This document shows, in pieces, positions 15,521 through 31,874 of a DNA stretch of 64,000 bases. The stretch lies in the NCBI RefSeq assembly GCF_009914755.1, contig NC_060936.1; one strand, written 5' to 3'. Positions within the stretch are counted from its first letter, which is position 1. The number at the start of each line of letters is the position of its first letter. Source of the stretch: the human T2T-CHM13v2.0 reference genome, Homo sapiens. The notes under the pieces were generated by a model. That model ran no database searches. It saw only the letters and a program-made list of their open reading frames with translations, and had not been told where the DNA came from. The position numbers were made by a program, and so were the translations under genes.

Positions 15521-16335
15521 CCACAGCATTAGATTTTCATTCCGATCTAGGGACGCCACCGTAGGAGGAAAGTTAACAGATCCAGAAGTTGTGTGAACTG
15601 CCTGGTGAGCCCAGGCATTGGTGAGACCACAGCAGGGCTGAATGGAGGGAACAAAACTCTGTCCCCTGAGCATTCACTCTGGCCATCTCTCCTGTTCTTC
15701 TCTCTTCAGAGTGGAGGTCCATGTGCTCAGACAGAGGAGGCATTATCCTGACCTTTCTCCTCCCAGAATCAAGTTTTATCACTTACGCTCAGAAATCTGA
15801 GCTTGCTCTTGGAATTCAGCACTGGCTTCATGGATCCTTCTCTGCCAATGTGCATTTTATGGCCAACGAATGACCAGGACTGGTTGGTTGGATTGTCGTA
15901 AATTCACAAGACATGTTCATGGAGATCTTGCCAAGGGTGTGGCCACTTCAGCCATTGCATCAGAGCTAGTGGAGGGGAGATCGGGGTGGCCAGCTTGGCC
16001 GAGGATGTACGAAGTATGTGTAAACATTCTTTCTCCACTGATATCAAGTGTATTAGTCAGGGCTCTTGATTGCAAGCACTCTGACTTTCTTAGGCAAAAA
16101 GGGAATTTTTGAAAGGACGTCAGGGGTTCACAGCATCATTGTGGAGCTAGAGGGTCTATCTTGGAAAATGGAACCAACCAAGGGCACTTCAGAAGGCTGG
16201 ACAGCAGGAATCACAGCTGAGGCCAGGATGCAGGTACAGACTGTTCATTGCTGCTGGAGATTCAAAGTGCCAGGGGAGAGGGCCATCTGCATAGAGCCTG
16301 AGTCACAGGCTTGCTCCCAGCTGTGCCAAGGCTGG

Positions 16336-16758
16336 TGTATTGGTCTGTTCTCACACTGCTGTAAAGAAATACCTGAGACAGGGTAATTTACAAAGAAGAG
16401 AGGTTTAATTGGCTCACAGCTCTGCAGGCTCTACAGGGAGCCTGGCAGCACCTGCTTCTGGGAAGGCCTCAGGGAGCTTTTACTCATGGAGGACGGCAAA
16501 GTGGGAGCAGAAGGAAGGGGGTCCATGCCACATACTTTTAAACAACCAGATCTCATGAGAACTCTATCATGAAAACTGCTCGGAGGAGATGGTGCTAAAC
16601 TATTCAAGATAAGCCACCCCCACGATCCAATCACCTCCCACCAGGCCCCACCTCCAACACTGGGGATTACAATTCAACGTGAGATTTGGGCAGGGACACA
16701 GATCCAAACCGTATCAGTGTGAGATTTGGGCAGGGACACAGATCCAAACCATATCAGT
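16336..16758 (-). mobile_element. ERVL-MaLR solo LTR (MSTB-like) with duplicated terminus
   Basis: tgtattggtctgttctcacactgctgtaaagaaatacctgagac...gagatttgggcagggacacagatccaaaccgtatca. Confidence 0.8.
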
Positions 16759-17334
16759 CAGGAAAGGAAGGATTTTACCCACTTCAGCTTTCACAGTAGG
16801 TGTAAATGTTCCCTCCTACTCCATCCACATGCAAATTCCTCCAAACATTTCAGGGGCTTCAGCTGATACAAGTTCATTTTCTGTGTCAGAGTCTAATGCA
16901 GGTGTTCCTAGTGAGTGTACTCCCTTCCATGCAGTGACTCAGGGATCCAGGCTCTTCCAACCTGGGGCTCCATTTCAGAGTCCTCTGCCTTCAAGCAGAA
17001 AAGAAGGAGGGGAGTTACCTCCAGTGCATCTTAAATGCCCTGGCTTGGATAGAGCAGGGGAGGGGATGAATGATATGCTTTACTTTTGCTCATATTCCCA
17101 TAACTCATTACAAGGCTAACATAATTATAAGGGATGATGGGAGAGACATAGAAGCAGAAGGACATTGGGTGGTGCCAACCACTTCTGCTATAAGCCTTTA
17201 CAGGAAGAGAGGATGTTTGGTTTCTGGACAGATAAAAAAAGTAATTGATATCTGCTCCTAGGGCTAAATATATGTGGGGATGGGGAACCTGAGAATATGG
17301 TCCTTTCTTGAGCTTTGAGGAGAGAGGGATGGGT

Positions 17335-17520
17335 GCTAATATTTGTTGAATGGCTACTACGCATAGGAACTTTGCAGATGTAAGCTCACTCAGTCCTTAG
17401 GGGTGCTAATTTACCCTTTGGCGTAAATACTATTCTTTCCACTTTACGAATGAGAAAACTCAATTAACAGGCGGTGGAGGGATTTTTTTCAGCTAGGCAG
17501 TGACAGAGCTAGGATTCACA
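17335..17520 (-). mobile_element. MIR fragment
   Basis: MIR-core-like ctttacgaatgagaaaact...gtgacagagctaggattc. Confidence 0.55.
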
Positions 17521-18389
17521 CGTTCCATTCACCACCCAACCTTAAGGGTCGCTGGGCTGCAACCTTGACTTGAAATATAGTCTACTTTGCACTGGGAGGG
17601 TTTGGAATGAAACGCTACAATTTGGATCAAGATAAACCACAGGCAGTGAAAGCAAGCTGCAGGGGCCAGAGGCTGGAATTTCCCACAGACGGAATTTTGG
17701 GAAAAGCTGTACAGTTTGGAGGGGCCGGGTAGGGAGGAAGAAGGGAAGGGGGATAACCTCATCCAAGCGAGAGAAGTTATGGTCACCAAATATTTCTCTA
17801 ATTACAAAAAAATAAGGGACTTAGGGATGCCAAAAAAATAAAGTACAAGTGTACTAGGCGTTGGCTTTTTTGGCAAAGCAGATTTGTCTGTAATCACTCT
17901 TAAAAAGATATAAAAGGAATTGCCTCACACAATGTGATCACTTAAGCCTGGCTTTTATCTGTTTCTTCAGAAACATTGCATTTTGAAGGAAACCATATTA
18001 GCTGGAGATGGTGAATTTGTCTGGTAATTGCTTTCTATTATAAATCTAAGCAACATTTAACACCACTAGGGAATGCAAAATTATCAAGCAAGCTGAAAGA
18101 AGAAAAAGTCTTCTTCTGAGTTGAAAGTTCTGTTTTCCTAGTTGAAAATAGATGTTTTAAGGTTCACAGAACACCATTTTGTATCATTAGCAAGATTATG
18201 GGGCAGCGCTTATAAAGTTCCAAAACTCCCTGCTGGTTAATAGATCTTAGAAAAAGCGTCTGAGGCAGATCCCTTGACCGGCAGCCATGGTCCACAGTAT
18301 TCAGCTGTAATAACAATTATTTAAAAATGGGCGTGAGATGGGGGACAATTGTGATGCCTCTTCTGGCCTTAAACACCCGCGATAATCTT

Positions 18390-18758
18390 TGCTATGGTCC
18401 GAATGTTTGTTACTGCTCTCCCTGCAAATTCGTATGTTGAAACCTAGTGCCCCAGGTGATGGTATTAGGAGGTGGGGGCCTGTGCGAGGTGATGAGGCCA
18501 CGAGGGTGAAGCCCTCAAGAAGGGGATTAGTGCTCTTATTAAAGGGGATCCAGAGAGCTGCCTCGCCCCTTCCGCCAGGTGAAAACACAGTGGGAAGGTG
18601 CCCTCGATGAACCAGGAAGGGGGTCCTCACCGGACATGAAATCTGTCATGCTTTGATCCTGGACTTCCAGCCCTCAGAACTGTGAGAAACACATTTCTGC
18701 GGTTTATAACCTACCCCACTCGTGGTATTTTGTATAGCAGTCAGGATGGACTAAAACG
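18390..18758 (+). mobile_element. ERVL-MaLR solo LTR (MLT1A-like)
   Basis: tgctatggtccgaatgtttgt...ggactaaaacg. Perfect 5-bp TSD atctt at 18385-18389 and 18759-18763. Confidence 0.85.
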
Positions 18759-18880
18759 ATCTTTGACCCACTTGCTATTATTTTCGTTGTCAAATCCATT
18801 TTGTATGTAGGTCAGCTTCACTATCTTTATGAGGTCAGAGGACTGGATGTCCCCAGGACTTACGTGGCTCCAAGACATCC

Positions 18881-19201
18881 TTTTGTTTGTTTGTTTGTTT
18901 TTGTTTTTGTTTTTTTTTGAGACAGAGTCTTGCTTTGTTGCCCAGGCTGGAGTGCAGTGGCGTGATCTCGGCTCACTGTAACCTCTGCCTCCTGGGTTCA
19001 AGTGATTCTCCTGCCTCAGACTCCGAGAATAGCCGTGACTACAGGTGGCCGCCACCACACCCGGCTAATTTTTGTAGTTTTAGTAGAGACGGGGTTTCAC
19101 CATGTTGGCCAGGCTGGTCTCAAACTCCCGGTCTCAGGTGATCCGCCCACCTCGGCCTCCTGAAGTGCTGGGATTACAGGCATGACCCACCGTGCCCGGC
19201 C
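18881..19201 (-). mobile_element. Alu (AluSx-like)
   Basis: Antisense Alu. Confidence 0.9.
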
Positions 19202-19754
19202 CCAGTACATCTTTTCAGGGCACTTGAATCGTCAGTGTTGAAACATCAAAAGATTTTACACAAAATTCTGAATTTTCAGCTTCTCCAAAAAACCCCACAG
19301 AAATCAGATGATCTTACCAAACTGAGTCCTCATTTCTGCCTGGCAGAAGGGACTATATTCCCAAGATCCCCACACGTGTGCGGTGCCCCTAGAGCAGATA
19401 CTGATGACTTTTTGGCTTCCAGAGCCAACTGTCTTCTCTTCCGGTGAGCACTCCGGAGCAGAAACGTTCAGGGCTCCCAGCAACCGAGAGAGAGTTCTGA
19501 CTCCTCCATACCCTCATCGACGTTTGGGGTCCTCGGTCTTTATGTTAGCCTTGCTCAGAGTGTGTGTGATGTGTCCAGTGGAAAATCATTGTGATTTTGT
19601 TTTCCTAATGACCAGTGACGTTGAGCAATTGTTCCTGTGCTTATTGGCCATTTGGAATTCTTTTCCGTGAAGTGTCATTGTCCCAGAAACGGGTCACTAT
19701 CCTGGTATGTTCAGCTTCTTCTTGCCTTTATAGAACCAGTCTTCTTCTTCTTCT

Positions 19755-20063
19755 TCTTTTTTTTTTTTTTTTTTTTTTTTTGAGACGGAGTCTCGCTCTG
19801 TCACCCAGGCTGGAGTGCAGTGGTGTGACCTTGGCTCACTGCAACCTCCGCCTCCCAGGTTCAAGCTATTCTCCTGCCTCAAGCCTCCCTAGTAGCTGGG
19901 ACTATAGGCGCCCACCACCACGCCCGGCTAATTTTTGTATTTTGAGTAGAGACGGGGTTTCACCATGTTGGCCAGGCTGCTCTCAAACTCCCAACCTCAG
20001 GTGATCCGCCCGCCTCTGCCTCCCAAAGTGTTGGCATTACAGGCGCGAGCCACCGCGCTCGGC
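19755..20063 (-). mobile_element. Alu (AluS-like)
   Basis: Antisense Alu with TSD gaaccagtcttctt on both sides. Confidence 0.9.
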
Positions 20064-21257
20064 TGAACCAGTCTTCTTAACCCCCATCTCAGAGAGCCCA
20101 GCCCTGGTGAGGCAGGCCCCACTCCCTGGAGGTCTGACTCCAAGCAGAGCCAACCAGAAGCTAGAGGGCAAGAGTTCCTTGTCGACGGCGTTGGGCGAGA
20201 TCAGCCTCCTGGTGCACAGAGTGCAGGGGAGGGCGCGGCGTCACGTGTGTGAGTCTGATCTTGGCTTCCATCAGCTGATGTGAGCCTTCGAGTCTGGGCT
20301 CGGGGCAGGAGTGAGTGAGTGAAGATCCTCACACCCCAAATGACCGCTTAGATGGAGGGGCTAAAAAGGGAAGCCATGGGAACAACACACCAACGAATGC
20401 CTCAAGCGTGACCTCACCAAAGCACTGGGCTCACTTGGCAGATGAAACCCCCACTAGACTCTCGTGGATAGAGCAGATGAGAAGACCCAGTGCCCGTCCC
20501 CACTGCCTGTAGATCTGTCCCGTTTCCTCCTGCAGATAATTTATAGTGAGGCCGAGATGCCCTCCAGCTGACAGCTAGTGCCTGCTGTGGCTGCTCATCA
20601 CACACCACATTTGTGTTCATTCTTAACTGGAGTTTCCTGTGGGTTTGTGTTTCCAGCAAGATTGAGAATTCTCTGGGTCAGAGACCATGCGATCTCTGTT
20701 CCTTCTGGCTCTCAGCAAGAGACCAGGTACCATCCTTGATCCTTATTTCTGACCCACAGCTAATTGCAACAAGTGCCAACCAGGCAATGAAAAATAAGAG
20801 ACTTGTGGTTTTCCAAACATAGGCCGGTTTCTTACTACAGAAGGCAGCTGTTTCGACAGGTCAGCTGACGCTGGTCCCAAACAAGCAGTGATTCACAGCA
20901 TCCTAGGAACTTCATGCTAAAGATAGAGGAGGAGAGAGGTCGGAATCTTGAAGAACACGGCGTTCTTTCATCTGCTATTTTAAAGTCTCTAACTTAGTAA
21001 AGAATACTCTTTGTTTTACAGTTCTGCGTGAAAGTAAGGGATATGTTTGGTTGATGTGGTTTGGGAGGAGCGTGCTTTCCCGCGGGGCTTCTCGCTCTGC
21101 AAAATGCTGAGATGTTGTTAAGGGTGAATTACACAGATTTGGAAAAACAAAAGATGGATGAAGAATTGAATGTATAATAAAGAAGAGTGCCACAGGCTGG
21201 TTGCTTAAAATGAGAAGCCTTAAGATGTGCTTGAAACTTTTATAAAACAGAATTTTT

Positions 21258-22083
<826 letters not shown>

Positions 22084-22728
22084 GAATAGTCCCAGGTACA
22101 CCCCTGGGCAGTAAAGACCTGTGACTTCTGGCCCTTCTCTCCATTCTCCAGAAGTATATTCTCTTTTGGTTTGCATCCTATCCTTCCAGAACTTTCCCTA
22201 TGCCTTTGCATAATATGTACCCAGATGTCATTTATGTATATGCTGTACGTAAATAATATCGCATGATCTTAATAGTTCTGTAACTTGTTTCTTTTGTTTT
22301 GTTTTTGTTTTCATGTGGCATGTCTTGGAACTCTTCCCATGTTAGTGGCGTGTATTCTATATACTGCCACCCAGGATTGAAAAATATTAATCAGGTTATT
22401 TAGGCCACTCTAAAGCTTTTGGAGAATTCTAGAGCCTCAAATTCATACATTTTGACAACTTGCTTCCTTTACCTGGCAATAGGTCATCTTGAATTTCTCC
22501 AAGCTTCCTAAAATCCCCATTATTTTAGGAATTTTCCCCTAAATATCTGCAGCAAGTCAGAGTTCCTTCTTGGAAAAATGGCCGCCTTCTCCCCTATGTG
22601 GACCCCCCTCTTCTACATATTCACTTGCTTGAATTAATGAGTTGCTATTTTCTATTCTATTCCTTACTAACCAACAAGAAAATGATTATGATTTCTCTAT
22701 CACGTTTGTCAGAAAACTGGTCTAATGA

Positions 22729-23284
<556 letters not shown>

Positions 23285-23999
23285 CTAATGACATAATTAA
23301 GACAAGTCAGAGAGTGACTCCAGGCTTGGCACTATTTGTAAACATCCGCAGCAAGGAAAGGGTCTGAATAGAAGGGCAAAGCTGAACCCCAGGATGTCAC
23401 CTGGATCCAGCTGTGCCTGCAGCCAGCATCACCACTGGCCTTTCCTTCCACGGACCAGTTTGTTTTCCTTCTGCTTCTATCAGATGGGTTGGTAACTGAC
23501 ATAGCCCTGACAGACAGGGCCGTAGTGTCAGATCCCATTGCTGTCTTCTCATGCCTCTTTCCGGTTTCAGCATCTGCCAGGAGCTTCTGTTTTTCCTTCT
23601 TGGATGCTCTGCCTCTGTTCTCTATTTATTCCGACCCTGCAAAGAACCAAAAACGTCACAATCTGTACACAGCGTAAATCATTACTTGTCTGACTGCATT
23701 CATGGTTACTGTGTGTCCTTGTGTATTAGTTCATATTTGGCTTAGGTAACACAGCAAAACACACACACACAGAAAACAACAAACCCAGCAATGCTTCGTA
23801 TTTATGCAGCAATAGCATCACTTATTTGGCAACACATTTTTGCCATGGTTTTAACTCTAGTTTGTGGGGAGTGGCATATGGAGAAGTTTCACTCCTTCCT
23901 GAGTTTTCTTGTACTTGTCATTCTTGAGTTCCTGCCAAAAGTTTACATCTAATTGCCCCGACGTCATCCTTCCTTCCCCTCAAATAGAAAAAACAATGA

Positions 24000-24485
<486 letters not shown>

Positions 24486-24954
24486 TAAAGAAAGAAACAT
24501 TCTCTTGAAGATGCTATGAGATGGGAAGGTTTCCAAAGCCTTTGAATAGCTGCACATGAACTCATCATAAAAACGTAAAAATAATCCTCTTCGTGGTGCA
24601 CGTGATTGTGAGCCTCTGTGTCTGTCTGGGATGCGAGTGTGAGAGAATTGAGTTAGAGGTGACCACAGGTCACGTGTCTGGTGATGATAATGTCTTCACG
24701 GACCACAGAATATAATATCAAGGTAATGATAAACTCTACTGTGCACTTCTTTGTTATAAAATATTTTTCTTTCAGAATGTTTAGGACATACGGAAAGGAC
24801 GTGGTGGAGTGGTTAAGAACGCAGGTGCTGGAGTGAGGCTCCCTGCATTGGAACCTTTAATCCTCCACTCACAAACTGGCCTTGGGGAACCTACTTTACC
24901 TCTCAGAACTTCTATTTCCTCATCTTTAAAAGAAGGTTTTAAAAATAGTGGCTC

Positions 24955-25146
24955 ACTCTACAAAAGAATTTTAAAAAATTACCTGGGCATGGTTGCACAT
25001 GCTTGTAGTCCCAGCTACTTGGGAGGCTGAGGCAGGAGTATGACTGGAGCTCAGGAGATCAAAGCCGCTCTGAACTGTGGTCACACCACTACACTCCAGC
25101 GGGGGTGACAGAGCAAGACCTGGTCTCCAAAAAGTAAAAATAAAAT
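24955..25146 (+). mobile_element. Alu right-arm fragment
   Basis: Linker plus right monomer and A-rich tail. Confidence 0.75.
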
Positions 25147-25484
25147 AGCATAAACTTCCTAGGGTTGTCCTAAGGAATCAGCAGATGCCTGCAGGTTGGC
25201 ACTCGGGGCAGGGTTGGCACAGGGGGCTGCCCCACCAGTGATCACTTTGAGGATGAGGATGACATTGTCTCTGATCATGAGATGAAGATGGTGAAGGAAG
25301 GGGATGGTGATTTAACCTTTATTAAGACTTGGCCCCACTGGACAGCCTGCCTGACTGAGGAGTCTCTCTCTCTATAAATTCAGAGACACAGAGCCTAAGA
25401 GCAGTCTAAAAGTATGCTCGTTATTAAAAATCTCAAAAAGGTCATGGTTTCAGGTGTGCGTTCTCATCTTCCAGGATGAGCTAA

Positions 25485-26147
<663 letters not shown>

Positions 26148-26437
26148 TGATTTTTGTAAATAATTTTGAAAAGATTTTCCTGAAATTGTCAGTGTACAGG
26201 TTGGGAGTCCCAGTTCTCAAAGGGATTTTGGCAAATCCATCACCCATAACAGGATATGATCGGGATCCTAGGCCAAAGGCTGTCAGAAGAATGTGCTGTT
26301 CTGTAGCTTAATATGATTCATGTAAATAGATTACAAACTGTTACTTTCTACATTTATCATTACCACTTGGCATGCTTTGTGTTTAATAATCTCTGAGCAC
26401 ATGTACAAAATAAATAAATTTAAAAAGAATAGTTTCT

Positions 26438-26745
26438 GGGCTGGGGATGGTGGCTTATGCCTGTAATCCCAGCACTTTGGGAGGCTTAGGTGGACAGATC
26501 CCTTGAGCCTGGAAGTTCGAGACCAGCCTGGATTAACATAGTGAGACCTCATCTCTACAAAAAAATTAAAAAATTAGCTGGATGTCATGTCACGTGCCTG
26601 TAGTCCCAGCTACTCAGGAGGCTGAGGTGGGAGGATCATTTGATCCTGAGAGGTCGAGGCTGCAGTGAGCCATGATTGCATTATTGCACTCCAGCCTGGG
26701 AAACAGAGCAAGACCTTGTCTGAAAAACAAAAACAACAGAAAAAA
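26438..26745 (+). mobile_element. Alu (AluJ-like)
   Basis: TSD aaaagaatagttt on both sides. Confidence 0.9.
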
Positions 26746-26799
26746 GAATAGTTTATACCATTATAGGAATAATGTGACAAAGAACCAGAGAAGGAGTGA

Positions 26800-27091
26800 G
26801 GACCAGGCATAGTGGCTCACGCCTGTAATCCCAACACTTTGGGAGGCCAAGGTGGTGGATCACCTGAGGTCAGGAGTTTGAGACCAGCCTGGCCAACGTG
26901 GCAAAACCCTGTCTGTACTCAAAATACAAACATTAGCGGGGGTGGTGGTGCATGCCTGTAATCCCAGCTACTCAGGAGGCTGAGGCATGATAATTGCTTG
27001 AACCCGGGAGGCGGAAGTTGCACTGAGCCAAGATCACACCACTGCACTCCAGCCTGGGCGACAGAGTGAGACTCTGTCTCCAAAAAAAAAA
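26800..27091 (+). mobile_element. Alu (AluSx-like)
   Basis: TSD aaggagtgag on both sides. Confidence 0.9.
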
Positions 27092-29552
27092 GGAGTGAGG
27101 CACACAAGCGACACCCCTGCAGTCACTGCATTTTTACTAAAAATGGTAATTAATGAGTTTAAAGTGACATGCAAGAGGTTATGCTCCGGATCAGGGTTCA
27201 GGAAAGATGATACTTGGTAATTGCCTAAATAGCGTATTTTCCCTCAGTGATGTGGAACCACATGCTGTTGGTAAATGGGAGGCAAACGAATGAGCTCAGG
27301 GCATAAACATTTTCAATTTCCCAAATTCCTCACATTCTGAGTTAGAGAATTTTTTTAAAGTGTGGTTTATAGACATCCAAAATTTAGGGTCAAGGAAATA
27401 AATAAAATCATTGAGACACAGAAATCATTATTCATCCCTTCACATATGTTTTCTGTTGTCCCTCTCCCCCTGAGGCTGGGAGGCTGCAACTTCGAGAGTG
27501 AGGTTGAACGCTGGGATGCTGGGACACACACTTACACTCTTCCTGCTCCCCTCCTTGTCCCCTGTACCCTGAGCCATAGATATACCAGGGGAGCCTCTGG
27601 CTCTGCAAACCGTGCTCCCCTAAACCCAAAATCCCCAACCGCAAAATCCTCTCCGTTATGGCATCTCTCTTATTCCCCTTCTAATGAGAGAAGTCTCAGA
27701 CTCATTAAACAGCCAATAGCTTTTGCCACTTTATTTTAGAACAGCCGATGTGAGATAACCCAGCTCCTCTGGAGTTTCTGTGGGTTGTAAGTCTTTTTGG
27801 GAAATGAGGCCAACTAGAAATGCAGTCTAACAGCTGGGAAGTTTATGAAACCATTTTCTTCCAGATTTACTAAATATTTTAGCACCAGAGACAGCACAGG
27901 GATCTCTTAGCTATATTATCAACTAACCTCCGAGTAAAATGAAACTATAGATTAAAGTGAAAGATAAAAACATCAACCCTGATGAACTTTCTGCCAGCCA
28001 GGGAGAGTCTCCTAAGTTCATTCCCCTCCTTTTTATCATAACTGTAGTCAAAAGTGACATTTGATCTATTGCCTTCCATGTGGCATCATGAAAGGACAGA
28101 GCGTGGCTGGGGTTTCAGGGCTCTGAGGTACATCTGGGGTCTAGCTGTGCTCTAGGGACTCAGCAGGTGCCTTTCATTCTGGAAAGATGAATGACAGCTG
28201 AGGACAGAAGAGAAACTGATGGAGAAACCAACAGGGTGCTGCTACTTCCTTGTTTTTTAAGAAATGATTTTTAAGGAATTAACGGCACTGATGGCCGCCT
28301 CCTTCTCTGTTCTATTCCAGCTCAATTGGCCACCGAGACACATTCCAAGGACACTTAGCAAAACACCACATCGAAAACAAATAAGTATGGGTGAGCCCTG
28401 GAGAAAAGATACAAAGGCAACCTCTAAGGGGCATGAAGGGCTCTTTTGTTTGCAGCTCGGGGTGCGGGAGGTGGGGAGATTCTCACCACTGAAGTGGACG
28501 TAAACACACGTCAGACGCGAGCCCAGACGTGGGTGTCACCAACCCCTTTCAATGACAAGCCCCACAGTAGACGAGGACGTTTTTGGTTGCGCAAGCGGCT
28601 TCTGAAGTGGTTCCTGTGGGCACTGCGGGAATTCTCCGGAGCCTCACAGTCCCCGATGTGGGATAGACCAGAGAGCTGGGGAACGGGAGCCCGCCTGAGA
28701 TGGAGGATCCAGGCCCCTCGGGGCGTCCCCACGTCAGATCCCTGGGGTCAAGCCTGTCCCCAGGATGACTCCCCGGGTTTTGACCTGATCGCTGCACCCA
28801 TGAGGCTCCCGGTGTCCGGGCGCTCCTCAGGTCCCCGACACGGAGGCAGGCTTGGGATGACTGCAACCTGCTCTCATGAGTCACAGCAGGTGCCTGTCGA
28901 GACCCACACGGACCCGGGCGGGCAGGACCTCGGATGCTGACTCCCTGTGGGGTCAGGACCTCCTTCCTCCAGGTTCTGCCGTCTGAGGCCGCAGCCTGCT
29001 CCTCCCCGGCCTGCTTCTCATCCAGGGCACGCCGGCTGCCCCCCACTAGCTGCTTATCCCAGAGCCCGGGAGTCAGTCCCACTCCCCAGATTCTGCGCCT
29101 GGTCTTGTCCACTCCATCATCGCATCTTGTCAGCTCTGTTTCCAAAAGGATGCCTTGACTTTACCCACATCTCTCTGCCCCACTCCCACCTCCACTTCCC
29201 TGGTCCAAGCCGCCATCACTCGTGGCTGGATGTCCTCAAAGGCGTCTCAGCTCGACTTCCAGGGTTGCTGCCCTCCACCCCGGGAACTGAGGATCTATAG
29301 CGCAGCCACAGCAATCTTCTGGCAGTGTCCATTGGCGAATGCATCCGGGCTTCCCGTTACCCTCTGAGTCCACTCCAGCCTCCTTCCTGTGCTCTGTGGA
29401 GCTGCTTGTGCCTGGCCCCTGTGCACCCCCAGCCCCTTCTCAGCCTCCCCCTTTGCCTACTGCTTTGGTCATGCCAGCTTTGACAGTTCTCATAAGCACC
29501 AGGCTCATTCTTGCCATGGGGAATGCGAAGATCTGTTCATCCAGCACACTCT

Positions 29553-29810
29553 TTTTTTTTTTTTTTTTTGAGATGGAGTCTCGCTGGAGTGTGCAGTGGT
29601 GCAGTCTCGGCTCACTGCAACCTTCACCTTCCAGGTTCAAGCAATCCTCTGACCCCAGCCTCCTGAGCAGAGCAGCTAGGATTACAGGCATGCAGCACCA
29701 CACCCGGCTAATTTTTTTGTATTTTTAATAGAGATGGGGTTTCACCATGTTGGCCAGGCTGGTCTCAAACTCCTGACCTCAAGTACAGGTGTGAGCCACC
29801 GCGCCCGGCC
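29553..29810 (-). mobile_element. Alu (AluS-like, internal deletions)
   Basis: Antisense Alu. Confidence 0.85.
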
Positions 29811-29939
29811 AGCACACTCTTTCTTCAGATCTTTGCATGCCCAGGCTCAACTCAAATATTATCTGTTCAGCAGAGTCTTCCCTGGCCCTCAAACTGCAGT
29901 AACACTTCCCTTCGCCCAAGTCACGAACACCAAGCTGTG

Positions 29940-30110
29940 CTTCTTTCTCCTTTTTTCCTTTCCTTTCCTTTCTTTTCCTTTCCTTTCCTTTCAGTTCCTT
30001 TCCTTTCCTTTCCTTTCCTGTCCTTTCCTTCTCTCCACCTCTCTCTCTCTTTCTCTCCTTCCTTCCTTTCTCTCTTTCTCTCTTTCTTTCCTTCCTTCCT
30101 TCCTTCTTTT
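29940..30110. repeat. Polypyrimidine (CCTTT)n/(CTTT)n/(CCTT)n tract
   Basis: Nearly pure C/T run on the + strand. Confidence 0.9.
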
Positions 30111-31874
30111 GTTTTGTAGGTTGATTGCTTTTTACAAGTTTTAAAATTTAAAGGGACTAAATTGATAAGCAGACAGGTGATGTGTAACTCTTTGCTGATC
30201 TGTTGTTACCCAGTGATAGCTGAAGCTTCTTTAGAACACAGATGCTATTAAAACATGCTTTGTTTCAGGGAGGGAGGTGGTGATGGTGAGAAGAAAGGCT
30301 GACACTGAGAACAATCTCATGATATCAGATCTCTAAAATTTTGTGCAAGTTCAGAGAATTTTCTCCATTGGATAAGGGTCAGCCTCACTTGTCCTCTTAA
30401 AGCACTTAGGACACCACCTGAAGGCTTTGGTGGCCTTCCCTCCCTCCTCCATCCCACAAATATGTATAAATCCTTAATTTAATTCAATAAAAAGTTGATA
30501 TGGTCTGGTCTTTGTGCTCTGGAGACTAAGAGTCTATTAAGGGAGTTGAGATAAGGACGCAAAGACTGAAACTTCAGGCAGAGCTTGGTAAGTGCCATGA
30601 TAGGTGTAGACGTGATACTTTGGAAGTTCAGAGAAGGGAAGCAGGGCCCTGAAGTGATTAGGGCATTAATGCAGGAGGAGGCCTGTCCGGGTTCAATTTT
30701 CTGTTTCTCTTTTTACTACTTGTGTACTCTTTGCTAAGTTATTTAATAGTTCTGTGCCTCGGTTTCCTTACTTTCTAAAGATATAGAAACTATCAGTACC
30801 CACCTCTTAGAATTATCAGAAATATTAGATAAAATGATGCGCATAAGATATAAATAAAACAGCATCTTACTGCTGAATATTCAATTTGTAGCACTAAGGA
30901 TAGAGGCATTTTATCTTAAGGTTGAATAGAATTTAAATGTAAGATAAAGGTGGGCAAGGAACTTCCAAATGGAACCATGTAAACAAAAGAAGCATGAGGA
31001 GCAAGAAAGCATGGTTGGCAGTAGCTGAAATACTCAGTTTACTTGAGAAAATGGGAAGGAGAAGATGATAATATTGGGAAGTTATGTGGGATCATAATGG
31101 GGAAGAACATTAGTAACCATTCTCTTTTTGGTGAATGATTATATGTTACCGAAGATCTCTAAGCAGGAAAGATGTTGAGATGGCTTAGTTTCTCTAACAA
31201 TTATCTTCCCCAGAAATCATTTGCAACATATAATAATGTAATAAAACTTATTTTTTCCCTTCTGCTTGATTTAGGTTTATTATGCTCTATCTTCCCCAGT
31301 TGCGTAACATGGCAACTTACTAGATTATTGATTTGAGGCTCTTTTTTCTTTTCTAATATATTTTGCTCTATTTTCCCCAGTTTCTTAATGTGGCAAGTTA
31401 TTAGATTATTGATTTGAGGCTTTTTTTTTCTAATATATGGATTTGGTGCTATAAATTTCCCTCTAAGCACTGCCTTAGCTATACCCCACAAATTGTGATA
31501 TGTTGTATTTTCATTTTCACTTAGTTCCAAATAGTTTCTAATTTCCGCTGAGAGTTCATACTTGACTTATGGATTAGTTGGGAGTATGTTTGTTAATCAA
31601 AAAGTGATTTGAGATTTGCCTGCTATTTTTTCTGTTACTGATTTCTAGCTCAATTTCATTATGTCCAGAGAGCATATTTTGTGTGGTTTTACTTCTTTTA
31701 AATTGATTAAGGTCTGTTTTATCTTGGTGAATGCTTCTCATGTGCACTTGAGAAGAATGTGTATTCTGCTGTTGTTGGGTGGAGTGTTCCATAAACGTCA
31801 ATTAGATCCAGATGGTTGATCATGCTGTTCATTTCTTCTAAGTCCTTTGCTGATTTTCTGCCTCATAGTTTGGT

